Positions 8,689 through 18,633 of a stretch of 64,000 bases of DNA are shown here, piece after piece. The position numbers were made by a program, and so were the translations under genes. This DNA is from an uncultured Acidimicrobiia bacterium (GTDB lineage Bacteria > Actinomycetota > Acidimicrobiia > Spongiisociales > UBA11373), in the NCBI GenBank assembly GCA_963796115.1, contig CAWCKE010000005.1, positions 379,455 to 443,454 on the forward strand. Direction: 5' to 3'. Each line of letters opens with the position of its first letter. Positions within the stretch are counted from its first letter, which is position 1. A model generated the notes under the pieces. That model was not told the origin of the DNA and searched no databases. It was given only the letters and a program-made list of their open reading frames with translations.

Positions 8689-10620
8689 CTAGGCGCTGAA
8701 GCCCAGCTCCCGCAGCCTCGCCCGCACCGAGGCGTCGGCGAGCAGGGCGGCGAGGGCGGCCACGGCAGGGCGGGAACGGCGCTCCTCGAGGACCGCCAGG
8801 TCGAACCGCTCCTCCTGGACGAACAGGAAGCCGAGGCCGGCGGCGGCGGCGATCACGTCGAGGGTCACTCCCCAGTCGGCGCGCCCCTGGGCCACCGCGG
8901 CGGCCACCGCGTGGTGAGTGCGCGGCTGGTTGGTGTGGCCGTCGGGGCGGAGGCCGCCCAGCAGGCGATCGATGAGGGCCCGGGTGCCGCTCCCCGGATT
9001 GCGGTTGACCATCCGGTGCCCTCCGGCCCGCACGGCATCGAGGAAGGCGGGCAGATCGGGGACATCGAGAGCGCTGCCCCGGCGGAAGGCCACCCCCTGC
9101 CGCCGGCCGTACCCGCCCAGCAGGCCGACGCCCGGGGGGAGGAAGGGCCGGTTGTACTCCCCGGTGGCCTCGTCCATGAGGTGGATGCCGGCCACATCCC
9201 CTTCTCCGCGGGCGAGGGCGGCCAGGCCGGCGGTGGAGCCCACCTTGATCGACTTGACGGTGAAGCCGCGTTCGGCGAGCAGGCCCAACAGGTAGTCGAG
9301 GCCGACGCAGTGGCTGCCGATGGCGACCAGGTCGGCGGGGCGCGCCGATCGCCGGATGAGGCGAACGGCGACCTGCTCCCCTTCGGCGACGTACTCGGTG
9401 GCCGCCGGGATGCGCAGGAAGCCGTCGGCCCGGCCGAAGGCGGTGACGCTCCCCGAGCCCGCCCCCAGGGGGTAGGCGGCGAGGCCGGCCTTGCCCTCCA
9501 CGAGATCGACGAGCACGTACTCGGTGCGGCCCGTCTCCGAGTTGATCCGCAGCGGCGCCACCGCCTCGACGACCGCGCCCTCCTCCTCCGTGCGCCCGGC
9601 GAGGCGGCGGAGGAGGGGAGCGACGAACTCGTGGAAGGTGAAGATGGCCGAGGTGGGGAAGCCGGGGAGCACCACCACCGGCCGGCCGGCGACGACGGCG
9701 AGGAGGATTGGCTTGCCCGGCTTGAGGGCCACCCCGTGCACCACCACCCCGGCCGACCCGGGCAGGCGCCCGGCCAGGCGGTGCACGACGGCGGCGTTCA
9801 GGTCGCCCTCGCCCTTGGAGGTGCCGCCCGACAGGAGCACGACGTCCACGGCGCCGGGCCCGGTCAGCAGGGCCTCGAGGGCACCCTCGAGGCGCGGCTC
9901 GTCGTCGGGCAGGACGCCGGCCGGGACCGGGTCGCCGCCCAGCTCGGCCACCGCGTCGAGCAGCAGGCGCTGGTTGGAGTCGTACACCGAGCCGGTGGGG
10001 AGGGGGGACCCCGGGGGGACGATCTCGTCGCCGGTGGAGAGCACCGCCACCCGGGGCCGGCGCAACACCCGGACCCGGTCGAGCCCCACCGCGGCCAGCA
10101 CCCCGGTGTCCTGCGCGGTGAGCACCCGGCGGCGGAGCAGGACCAGGTCGCCGCGGCCGATGTCCGACCCGGCGAAGGTGACGTTGGATCCCGGGGCCAC
10201 CGGGCGCTGCACCGCGATGCCCTCGCCGGCCGGCCGGGTGTGCTCGACCATGACGATCGCGTCGGCCCCCCGCGGGACCACCCCTCCGGTGGCGATGGGC
10301 ACCGCCCATCCCGCCTCCAACTGGAACCCCGGCGGCGGCTCCTGCCCGGCGGCCAGCGAGAGGGAGGAGACCCCCAGGGACACGGGGTGCAGCTCCTCGG
10401 CCCCGGAGGTGTCGGCCGCCCGCACCGCGAAGCCGTCCACGTTGCTGCGGTCGAAAGCGGGCACGTCCACCGGGGAGAACACGTCGGCCGCCAGCACCCG
10501 TCCGTGCGCCTCCGCCAGCGGCACCTCCTCGTCCGTGGGTGACAGGTGCGAGCAGGCGGCGGCGAAGCGGCGGTGGGCCTCCGCCTCGTCCAACACGTCG
10601 AGGAACTGGCGCTGTCTCAC
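8689..10620 (-). CDS. moeA: Molybdopterin molybdotransferase MoeA fused to a C-terminal periplasmic-binding-protein-like (ModA/PBP-like) domain
   Basis: The N-terminal ~400 aa are MoeA (MoeA_N, MoCF_biosynth GGTSKGEGD, MoeA_C). The C-terminal ~230 aa are a PBP-like fold. The start overlaps the stop of the upstream moeA paralogue. Confidence 0.8.
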   Translation of the reverse strand: MRQRQFLDVLDEAEAHRRFAAACSHLSPTDEEVPLAEAHGRVLAADVFSPVDVPAFDRSNVDGFAVRAADTSGAEELHPVSLGVSSLSLAAGQEPPPGFQLEAGWAVPIATGGVVPRGADAIVMVEHTRPAGEGIAVQRPVAPGSNVTFAGSDIGRGDLVLLRRRVLTAQDTGVLAAVGLDRVRVLRRPRVAVLSTGDEIVPPGSPLPTGSVYDSNQRLLLDAVAELGGDPVPAGVLPDDEPRLEGALEALLTGPGAVDVVLLSGGTSKGEGDLNAAVVHRLAGRLPGSAGVVVHGVALKPGKPILLAVVAGRPVVVLPGFPTSAIFTFHEFVAPLLRRLAGRTEEEGAVVEAVAPLRINSETGRTEYVLVDLVEGKAGLAAYPLGAGSGSVTAFGRADGFLRIPAATEYVAEGEQVAVRLIRRSARPADLVAIGSHCVGLDYLLGLLAERGFTVKSIKVGSTAGLAALARGEGDVAGIHLMDEATGEYNRPFLPPGVGLLGGYGRRQGVAFRRGSALDVPDLPAFLDAVRAGGHRMVNRNPGSGTRALIDRLLGGLRPDGHTNQPRTHHAVAAAVAQGRADWGVTLDVIAAAAGLGFLFVQEERFDLAVLEERRSRPAVAALAALLADASVRARLRELGFSA

Positions 10621-11879
10621 CCCGCCTCCTCCCGCCGGTACAGGTGCACCTCCACGTCCGCTCCCTCGGGAAAGCCCTCCGATCCCTCGGGGATGATGAC
10701 GAAGCCGTCGGCGGTGGTCACCGAGGAGAGCGCCGAGGCTCCCCCGATGGCGAGCGGCTCGACTTGGCCGCCGCGCACACGCACCCGGGCGTAGTCGGTG
10801 CGCCCGACCTGGGAGACCAGGCGGGCCGCCAGCGGGAGGGTGGACACCGGGTAGGGCAGGGCGGGCGGCAGGCCGCCGAGGGCGCGGATCACCGGCCCGG
10901 CGAAGAAGTCGTAGCCCACCAGGCAGGAGACCGGGTTGCCGGGGAGCAGCAGCACCCGCGCCTCTCCGATGCGGCCGATGCCGGTAGGGGAAGAGGGGCG
11001 CATGGCCACCCCGTGAATCAACAGCTCACCCAGTCCGGCGACGAGCAGCGGCACCCAGTCCTCCCGGCCCACCGAGGCCGCCCCGGCGGTGATGATCACC
11101 TCCGTCCCCGGCCGGCCCAGCGCCTCACGCAGGGCCGCCGGGTCGTCGGGGAGGCGGAGAGAGCTCTCCACGACGCCGCCGTCGCGGGCCACCAGCGCGG
11201 CCAGCATCGGGCCGTTGGAGTCGGTGATCCTGGTGCCCGTGGGGCGCTCGCCGGGGGGCAGCAGCTCGTTGCCCGAGACGATGAGGCGCACCCGGGGGCG
11301 CCGGTGCACGGCCACCCGCGGGCAGCCCACGCTGGAGAGCAGGCCGACGTCCTGGGCCAGCAGGCGCCGGCCGGCCGGCACCACCGGGTCGCCGCGGCGT
11401 ACGTCCTCGCCCACCCGGCCCACGTTGCGCCCGGCGGCGACCGCCGCCCGCGCCTCGAGCCGGCCCGCGACCTCGGCGGCGTCCTCGGCGGGCAGGACGG
11501 AGTCGGCCCCTTCGGGTACGGGCGCCCCGGTCATGATGCGGCAGGCGGCGCCCGGGGCCAGCGGCCCGGTGGGAGCCCGGCCGGGCATCGATTCCCCTGC
11601 GACGGCCAGGATCACCGGGTTGTAGGGGGAGGCCCCGAAGGTGTCGGCGGCGCGGAGCGCGTACCCGTCCATGGTCGCCCGGGGGAACAGGGGGATGTCC
11701 ACCTCGCTGACCACCGGGGCAGCGGCCACTCGCCCGGCGCATTCGGCCAGGGGCACCTCCTCGGCGGGGAGAGGGGAGAGGCCTTCGAGGGCGGCGGCGA
11801 GGGCCTCGGCGACCGAGGCGCGGTGGCGGAAGCCGCGCATGCGCACGTCCTCGGTGCCCCCTCCCACCGCCATCAGCAT
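10617..11879 (-). CDS. moeA: Molybdopterin molybdotransferase MoeA (second paralogue)
   Basis: MRGFRHRASVAEALAAALEGLSPLPAEEVPLAE...GAASVGREDW... full MoeA; real start at MLM/MRGF (11837-11879), upstream part of the 514-aa ORF is junk. Confidence 0.8.
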   Translation of the reverse strand: MLMAVGGGTEDVRMRGFRHRASVAEALAAALEGLSPLPAEEVPLAECAGRVAAAPVVSEVDIPLFPRATMDGYALRAADTFGASPYNPVILAVAGESMPGRAPTGPLAPGAACRIMTGAPVPEGADSVLPAEDAAEVAGRLEARAAVAAGRNVGRVGEDVRRGDPVVPAGRRLLAQDVGLLSSVGCPRVAVHRRPRVRLIVSGNELLPPGERPTGTRITDSNGPMLAALVARDGGVVESSLRLPDDPAALREALGRPGTEVIITAGAASVGREDWVPLLVAGLGELLIHGVAMRPSSPTGIGRIGEARVLLLPGNPVSCLVGYDFFAGPVIRALGGLPPALPYPVSTLPLAARLVSQVGRTDYARVRVRGGQVEPLAIGGASALSSVTTADGFVIIPEGSEGFPEGADVEVHLYRREEAG

Positions 11880-12231
11880 GCGCAGGGTGTCTTCGGGGGC
11901 CCAGGGGCACGGCCGCCCAATCCCCCCGGGAGAGGCGGTGGTCGCCGTGGAACACCAGCAAGTGGCGGTGGATGCGCCCGGCCCGGTCCAGCATCCGCGG
12001 GCGGAGGCCGGGGTGGAGGGCGAAGAGCGCCTCGAAGGCCTCACCCACAGTGCTCCCCGCCACCTGCACCGAGGCCGCCCCGGCCGCGTCGGGTCGGAGC
12101 AGCGTGGGCAGCAGGATGGTCGCCATGGCCCCGCCGAACCTAGCAGCGAGCGGGCGTCCAAACCGGCCCGGGCCGGCCGCGGGCTTTGGCGGGTGAGGGG
12201 CCGCTAGGGTGGACAGGCGGGAGGGAGGGAC

Positions 12232-12582
12232 ATGCCCGGGCCGGTCAAGCCGCCGATCTCGGCGGCGGATCTCGAGAAGGTAGACGTTCGGGTGGGGACC
12301 ATAGAGCGGGTTGAAGACGTCGAGGGGTCGGACCGGCTGGTTGGGCTGATCGTCGACTTCGGGGATCACCGGCGGCGGATCATCGCCGGCATCAAGCGGG
12401 AGAGAGAGGATCCGGGCGAGATCCGGGGCCGACAGGCGCTGTTCGTCGTCAACCTGGAACCGCGCACCATCAGGGGCGAGGTCTCGGAGGGGATGCTCTT
12501 CGACCTCGGCTACCCGGATGGGATCGTGCCGGTGCTGGCCGTGCCGGAGAAGCCCGTGCCCGACGGCACCCGGGCCGGCTGA
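12232..12582 (+). CDS. tRNA-binding domain protein (CsaA/EMAP-II-like OB fold)
   Basis: DLEKVDVRVGTIERVEDVEGSDRLVGLIVDFGD...GMLF match tRNA_bind domain. Confidence 0.7.
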   Translation: MPGPVKPPISAADLEKVDVRVGTIERVEDVEGSDRLVGLIVDFGDHRRRIIAGIKREREDPGEIRGRQALFVVNLEPRTIRGEVSEGMLFDLGYPDGIVPVLAVPEKPVPDGTRAG

Positions 12583-12604
12583 GCTCCCATCGGGGGCCGG
12601 AGGG

Positions 12605-14327
12605 CTATGTCCCGGGCCGGCCGCGCGCCTCCCAGAACTCGGCGTAGCGGCCGCCGTGCTCCAGCAGGCGGCGGTGGGAACCCCGTTCTGCCACCCGGCC
12701 GGCGTCCAGCACGACGATCTCGTCCATGGCCTCCAGGCCCTCGGCGCCGTGGGTGATGAGCAGCAAGCCCCGGTCCTCCGCGGTGGCGAGGAGGGCGGCC
12801 ACCACCGCGGCGGCCGCCGCCGGGTCCAGGCCGGCGGTGGGCTCGTCGGCCACCAGCACCGGGAAGCCCGCCAGCAGGGCCCGGGCCAGGGAGATCCGGC
12901 GCCGCTCGCCGCCGGACACCTCGGCGCCGCCCCTGCCCACGGGGGTGGAGAGGCCCTGCGGAAGGGAGGCCACCCACTGGGTGAGCCGGGCGGCCTGGAG
13001 CACTCGGGACAGCTCCGCCGGGCCGGCGTCGGGGCGTCCCAGGAGCAGGTTGTCGCCCAGGGTGCCCTCCACCAGGACCGCGTCCTCGGCGGCGAGGCCG
13101 ACGAGCCGGCGGACGCTCGCCCCCGATAGCTCGCGGGCGTCGATCCCCCCGACCAGGTAGGCCCCCTCGTCCAGTTCCCGGAAGCGGAGGAGGGCCTGGG
13201 CGACTGTGGACTTGCCGGCGCCGCTCTCGCCGACGAGCGCCACGCGCCGGCCCGGCTCCAGCCGCAGGTCCACGTCGCGCAGCGCCCAGGGCCCGCCGGG
13301 GCGATGGCGCAGCGAGGCGCCGCGCAGTTCCAGGCGGAGGCCGGCTGGTTCCGGGGCCGGCGCCGGGCGGGTCGGGGACGGGGTCGGGACGGGCCTCCAG
13401 GTCGGCCAGGCGCAGGGCGGCGGCGGCTCCCTCGTCGAGGCGGAGGAGACCGTGGGGCAGCAGCGCCACCGGCTCGAAGGCGGCGACGACGAGCAGGGCG
13501 AGGGCCCCGAGCAGCAACCCGGTCGAGCGATCCGGCGGACACGGCGTCGAGGCCGACCCGGGCGACCAGCCAGAGGCAGATGCCGCTTCCCAGGGCGGCG
13601 AGGCCGGAGCCGGCCCCACTCACCCAGGCCGCCCGCCGGGACAGGCGGGTGAGCCGGGTGTCGGCGGCCTCGGCGGCGGCGAGCAGGTCGGGAGTGCGGC
13701 CGAAGGCGGCCGCCTCGGCGGCTCCCTCGACGAGGTCGATGACCGCAGCGGCCAGGTCGCCCCGGGCCTCGGCGAGGCGCCCCGCCCGGGTGCGCCCGGC
13801 GGCCCGGGCCGCGGCGCCGACGGCGGCGGCGGTGAGGGCCAGGCCGGCGGCCACCGCGTAGCCCGCCTGCGGCAGTAGGAACCAGGCGGCGATGCCGGCC
13901 CCGGCCACGGTGAGGACGGTGACGGCGATGGGCAGGAGGGCCCGCACCAGGGCCTGCTCCAGCTGCTCCAGGTCCTCGGTGAGGCGGAGGAGGAGGTCGC
14001 CCGCCCGCTCCTCCTCGATGCCCGCCGGGCTGAGGCGCTCGACCGTGGCGAAGGCACGGGTGCGGAGCCGGGCCACCAGGCGGAGGGCGGCGTCGTGGGC
14101 GGAGAGGCGCTCCAGGTAGCGGAACACCGCCCGGGAGATCCCGAAGAAGCGCACGCCGACGATGGCCACGGTCAGCTCCAGCACCGCCGGGTGCTCCCCG
14201 GCGCGCACGATCAGGTAGGCGCCGGTGGCCAGCAGGCCCACTCCGGCGGCCACCGTGGCCGCCCCGGCGGCGGTGGCGCCGGCGAACCAGCCCAGCGAGC
14301 CGTGGAGCAAGCGAAGCACCTGCTTCA
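12605..14327 (-). CDS. cydC: Thiol reductant ABC exporter subunit CydC (TMD+NBD), disrupted by two indels (~13530 and ~13385)
   Basis: TMD in frame of ORF 11125..14772 (VKQVLRLLHGSLGWFAG...), then frame of 12510..13619 (GLLLGALALLVVAAFEPVALLP), then NBD in frame 12605..17050 (LRLELRGASL...GESGAGKST...LSGGERRR...ADEPTAGLD); GTGA overlap with cydD stop. Confidence 0.7.
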
Positions 14328-15958
14328 CGGCCCCGCCTGCCCGGTGGCCGACAGTCGGCCGCCCTCCAGCCACAGCACCCGGTCGGCCCGGGCGGCCGCC
14401 GCGGCGCGGTGGCCGGCCAGCACGATGGTGACCGAGGAGCGCAGCCGGTCGAGGGAGTCCAGCACCGCCAGCTCGGTGAGGGGGTCGAGATGCGCGGTGG
14501 GCTCGTCGAGGAGGAGCAGCGGGGCCCGGCGCAGCAGTGCCCGGGCCAGGGCGATGCGGCTCCGCTCGCCGGCGGAGAGGCGGGCGCCGCCTTCCCCGAC
14601 GAAGGTGGCGATGCCCTCGGGCAGGTCCTCGACGAAGCCGGCGCCGGCGGCGGCCAGGGTGCGGTGCACCTCGTTGTCGGTGGCGCCCGGGGAGCCGAAG
14701 CGCACGTTGTCGGCGATGGTGCCGTGGAACAGGCGGGGCTGCTGGGGCAGCCAGGCCACCAGGCGCCGCCATTGGGTGCAGTCGAGGGAGGCCAGGTCGG
14801 CTCCCGCCACCCGCACCCGGCCCTCGGTGGCGGGGACCAGGCCGAGCAGGACGGCAAGCAGAGTGGTCTTGCCCGAGCCCGAAGGCCCGGCCACGGCCAG
14901 GTACTCGCCCTCCCGGATGTCCAGCGAGACCCGGTCGAGCGCCGGGCGGGCCCGGCCCGGGTAGGCGACGGTGAGGCCCTCCACGGCGATGGGGGCGGGC
15001 CGGGCCGGCGCCGGCGCCGTCCCCCGGCGCCGGCGGCTCCCGGCCGGGGGCCTCGAGCCCGTCGAGTATCTCGCCCGCCGCCTCGACTCCTTCGGCCGCG
15101 GCGTGGAACTCGGCCGCCAGACGGCGCGGAGCGGAGGTAGGCCTCGGGGGCGAGGATCAGCACGGTCAGCGCCGCCTCCAGGCCCAGGCCGCCGTCGAGC
15201 ACTCGCAGGCCGACGGCCACGGCCACCACCGCCACGGAGATGGTCGCCGCCAGTTCCAGGACGAAGGCGGAGAGGAAGGCGATGCGCAGCGTGCCCATGG
15301 TCTCCCGCCGGTGCAGGTCGGAGAGGGCGGCGAAGGCGGCGACCTGCTCCCGGCTGCGCCCGTACACCTTCAGGGTGGGGAGGGCCCGCAGGGCCTCTAC
15401 GAAGCCGGTGCTCAGGTCGGAGAAGGCCCGCCAGCGGCGGGCCACCCGGGCCCGGGTGGCCGCCCCTACCAGCGCCCCGAAGACGGGGATCAGCGGGAGG
15501 GTGACCAGGACGATGACCGCCGCCAGGGGGTCGAGGGGGAACATCCAGGCAAGCACGAAGATGGGGACCGCGACCGCCAGCGCCAGCTGCGGCAGGTAGC
15601 GGGCGAAGTAGGCGTCGAGGGCCTCGATGCCCCGGCCGGCGGCGGCCGCCAGGGCGCCCGCCCGCTCGCCGGCCCCTTCCCGGCCGGCCACCCGCTGCAG
15701 CAGGGCGCGCCGCAGGGAGGACTTCACCCCGGCGGCGCTGTGGTGGGCGGCCACCTCGGTGAGCCAGGCCACCACCGCGGAAGCGCCCGCCACCGCCAGC
15801 AGCCAGGCCAGGGGGGTGGACAGCTCCCGGGCCGGGGTGCCGATGAAGGCCTCGGCCACCAGGTGGGCGAGGAGCACGGCGCGGGCGATGGCCAGGCCGG
15901 CGCCGGCCAGGCCGAGCACGACCGCCGCGGCCAGGAAGGGCCGGGCTCCCCGGCCCAT
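14324..15958 (-). CDS. cydD: Thiol reductant ABC exporter subunit CydD (TMD+NBD), disrupted by two indels (~15125 and ~14993)
   Basis: TMD MGRGARPFLAAAVVLG...ILAPEAYL in one frame, linker LAAEFHAAAEGVEAAGEILDGLEAPG in a second, NBD (PIAVEGLTVAYPG...GPSGSGKTTL...LSAGERSR...LLLDEPTAHLD) in the 14325..14984 ORF; second junction at a CCCCC/GGGGG run (14991-14995). Confidence 0.7.
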
Positions 15959-16005
15959 TCGGAAGAGGCGCCGGTCGACGGTGGGCCGCCGCCCCGCCGC
16001 GGGGC

Positions 16006-17050
16006 TCAGCCGCTCGGCGACAGCTGCTCCCGGGTCACTCGCTTGCGGAACACCCAGTAGGACCACGCCTGGTAGGCGAGCACCAGCGGCACGAAGATGA
16101 GGGCGACCACGGTCATCACCCGCAGGGTGGTGGGTGTCGATGCGGCGTTGTAGATGTCCAGGGTGTAGTCCGGGTCGGTGCTCGAGGGCATCACCCGCGG
16201 GTAGAGGCTCATGAACAGCATCAGCACCGCGGTGACGATGGTGACTCCGGTGGCCACGAACGCCCAGCCGTCGCGCCTGGCTGCCAGCAGGCCCATGGAC
16301 GACCAGCGCGGCGAACGCGGCGACGGCGGCCACCCCGATGAGAGCCCCCAGCGGGAGCAGGCCCAGGTCCCCGCGCTCGGCTCCGGCGGCGTCAACCAGC
16401 GTCCACGCAAGGAAGCCGGCCGCCACCGCGACGGTGGCAGGCGCCAGCCACCGCGCCGCGGCGTGCGCCCGTTGCGCCACCGGGCCCAGCGCCTTCAAGC
16501 CCAGGAAGGTGGCGCCGTGCAGGGTGAACAGCAGCAGCGTGGCCAGCCCCCCAAGCAGGGCGTAGGGGTTGAGCAGAGTCCACAGGCTGCCGGTGTACTC
16601 CGCGGCGGCGTCGATGGGCACCCCGCGCACGATGTTGGCGAAGGCGACCCCCCAGAGGAAGGCCGGGAGCAGGCTGCCCACGAAGACGGCCCCATCCCAT
16701 GTCGCCCGCCACCGGGGCTGGACGTTCTTGGCCCGGAACTCTATGGCCACACCCCGGATGATGAGAGCGATCAGGATGACGAACAGCGGCAGGTAGAAGC
16801 CGCTGAACAGGGTGGCGTACCACTCGGGGAAGGCGGCGAAGGTCGCGCCGCCGGCCACGATGAGCCATACCTCGTTGCCGTCCCAGTGGGGCCCGATGGA
16901 GCGCAGGGCCACCCGCCGGTCGGAGTCGTCGCGGCCGACGAAGGGCAGCAGGATCCCCACCCCGAAGTCGAAGCCCTCCAGGAAGAAGTACCCGATCCAG
17001 AGGACCGCGATCAGCAGGAACCAGAGCGAGTTGAGGTCGGTCTCGATCAT
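16006..17050 (-). CDS. cydB: Cytochrome bd ubiquinol oxidase subunit II, one indel near 16297
   Basis: N-terminal part (MIETDLNSLWFLLIAVLWIGYFFLEGFDFGVGIL...) in the 17050 frame, C-terminal part (GWAFVATGVTIVTAVLMLF...WSYWVFRKRV) in ORF 16006..16410. Confidence 0.75.
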
Positions 17051-17063
17051 CGGGTCCTCCTCC

Positions 17064-18443
17064 TCAGTAGGTCAGGCCGGCCCCGACCTCGGCCGGAGTC
17101 ATCTCCTCGCCGGCCCCGGCTCGGGCGTACTTGGCCATCAGGTACAGGTCCACCAGCGCCAGGGCGCCGTACAGCACCGTGAAACCGATCATGGTGATGA
17201 GGACCGAGGTGAGCCCCACCGAAGGGGAGACGGACTCCCGGGTGAGCAGCACCCCGTAGACCGTCCAGGGCTGGCGCCCGATCTCGGTCACCACCCACCC
17301 GGTGATGTTGGCCAGGAAGGGGAGGCCCAGGGCGAGCAGGGCGACGCGGTGGTACCAGGCGGTCTCGTAGAACCGCTTTCGGTACAGGAACCAGGCGCCC
17401 AGCGCCCCCAGGCCGATCAGCCCGAAGCCGACTCCGACCATCACGCGGAACGCCCAATACACGGCGGCCACCGGCGGCCGGTAGTCGCCGGGCCCGAAGG
17501 TCGCCTCGTACTCGGCCTGGAGGTCGTTGATGCCCCTCACCTCGCTGGTCCAGGAGTGGTCCATCAGCAGGCTCAGGCCGTGGGGGATGGCGATGTTCAC
17601 CAGATTGCGCCCCTCGTCCTGGTCCGGGATGGCGAAGAGCGAAAGGGCGGCCGGCCCCTCCGTCTCCCAGTGCGCCTCGGTGGCGGCGGCCTTCATCGGC
17701 TGAACGTCGCCGACGTACTGGCCCTGGAAGTGACCGCTGATGGCCACCCCCACGCTCGTCACCAGCACCAGCCCCACCGCCAGCGCGGCGGAGAGCCGGA
17801 ACACCGGATCCTCGTGGTGGCGGATCAGGTGCCAGCCGCTGATGGCCAGCACCAGGACCCCGGTGGTGAGCAGGGCGGCCAGGACGGTGTGGCCGAGGTG
17901 GAACCAGGCCATCGGATTGCGGATCAGGTCGAGGAAGCTGTCCAGTTCGGCCCGCTGGGTGATGGGGTTCACGCGGTAGCCGACCGGGTTCTGCATCCAG
18001 GCGTTGGCCGCCAGGATCCAGAAGGCGGAGAGGACGGTTCCCGCCGCGACCACCCAAGCGCAGGCGGCGTGCAGGCGCGGCGAGAGGCGGTCCCAGCCGA
18101 AGATCCACAGGCCCAGGAAGGTGGACTCCAGGAAGAAGGCCGCCAGTCCCTCCACCGCCAGCGGGGCGCCGAAGATGTCGCCGACGTAGCGGGAGTAGGA
18201 GGACCAGTTCATCCCGAACTGGAACTCCTGGACGATGCCGGTGACGACCCCCACCGCGAAGTTGATGAGGAACAACTTCGCCCAGAACTTGGTTGCCCGC
18301 AGGTACTTGGGATCGCGGCGGCGGACCCACATCGTCTCCAGCGTCGCCACCACCAACGCCAGGCCAATGGTGAGGGGCACGAAGAGGAAGTGGTAGATCG
18401 TCGTGATCCCGAACTGCCATCGGGCCGCGATCAGGGCATCCAT
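17064..18443 (-). CDS. cydA: Cytochrome bd ubiquinol oxidase subunit I
   Basis: 459-aa intact ORF with CydA hallmarks (Q-loop region, GWVVTEIGRQPW, multiple TMs). Confidence 0.9.
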   Translation of the reverse strand: MDALIAARWQFGITTIYHFLFVPLTIGLALVVATLETMWVRRRDPKYLRATKFWAKLFLINFAVGVVTGIVQEFQFGMNWSSYSRYVGDIFGAPLAVEGLAAFFLESTFLGLWIFGWDRLSPRLHAACAWVVAAGTVLSAFWILAANAWMQNPVGYRVNPITQRAELDSFLDLIRNPMAWFHLGHTVLAALLTTGVLVLAISGWHLIRHHEDPVFRLSAALAVGLVLVTSVGVAISGHFQGQYVGDVQPMKAAATEAHWETEGPAALSLFAIPDQDEGRNLVNIAIPHGLSLLMDHSWTSEVRGINDLQAEYEATFGPGDYRPPVAAVYWAFRVMVGVGFGLIGLGALGAWFLYRKRFYETAWYHRVALLALGLPFLANITGWVVTEIGRQPWTVYGVLLTRESVSPSVGLTSVLITMIGFTVLYGALALVDLYLMAKYARAGAGEEMTPAEVGAGLTY

Positions 18444-18633
18444 GCTTCAGCTCCGATCGTTCGACGTTGGCGAGACGCTAGCGCGTCGGCCGCCCGCGGG
18501 AAGGCCAGTCCCGCTTCTGGAGAGGCTCGAGAGTCGGAGGTGGGCCGAGACTGTGATCGGGCTGAGAGCGGCCGCAGGCGGCCGCGTTCGGTGTCTCGAT
18601 TCCCTGGTATAACCCTCCCGACAAACCCCCCAC

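Noticed and set aside
11880-12231. Possible Moco riboswitch in the ~350-nt leader upstream of the moeA pair
   Set aside because: Long GC-rich 5' region in the right genomic context, but I cannot recognise the Moco RNA conserved stems by eye. This would need a covariance-model search (Rfam RF01055).
11125-14772. 1215-aa minus-strand ORF and several other 400-1500-aa ORFs (e.g. 8612..10309, 8911..10542, 10539..12143, 16812..20894, 30363..33293, 49801..51927, 61148..62998)
   Set aside because: Pro/Arg/Gly/Ala-rich translations with no domain content, overlapping well-supported genes in other frames. These are the expected stop-codon-poor artefacts of 72% GC DNA. Only their embedded real segments (cydC TMD, pmm, smpB and so on) were used.
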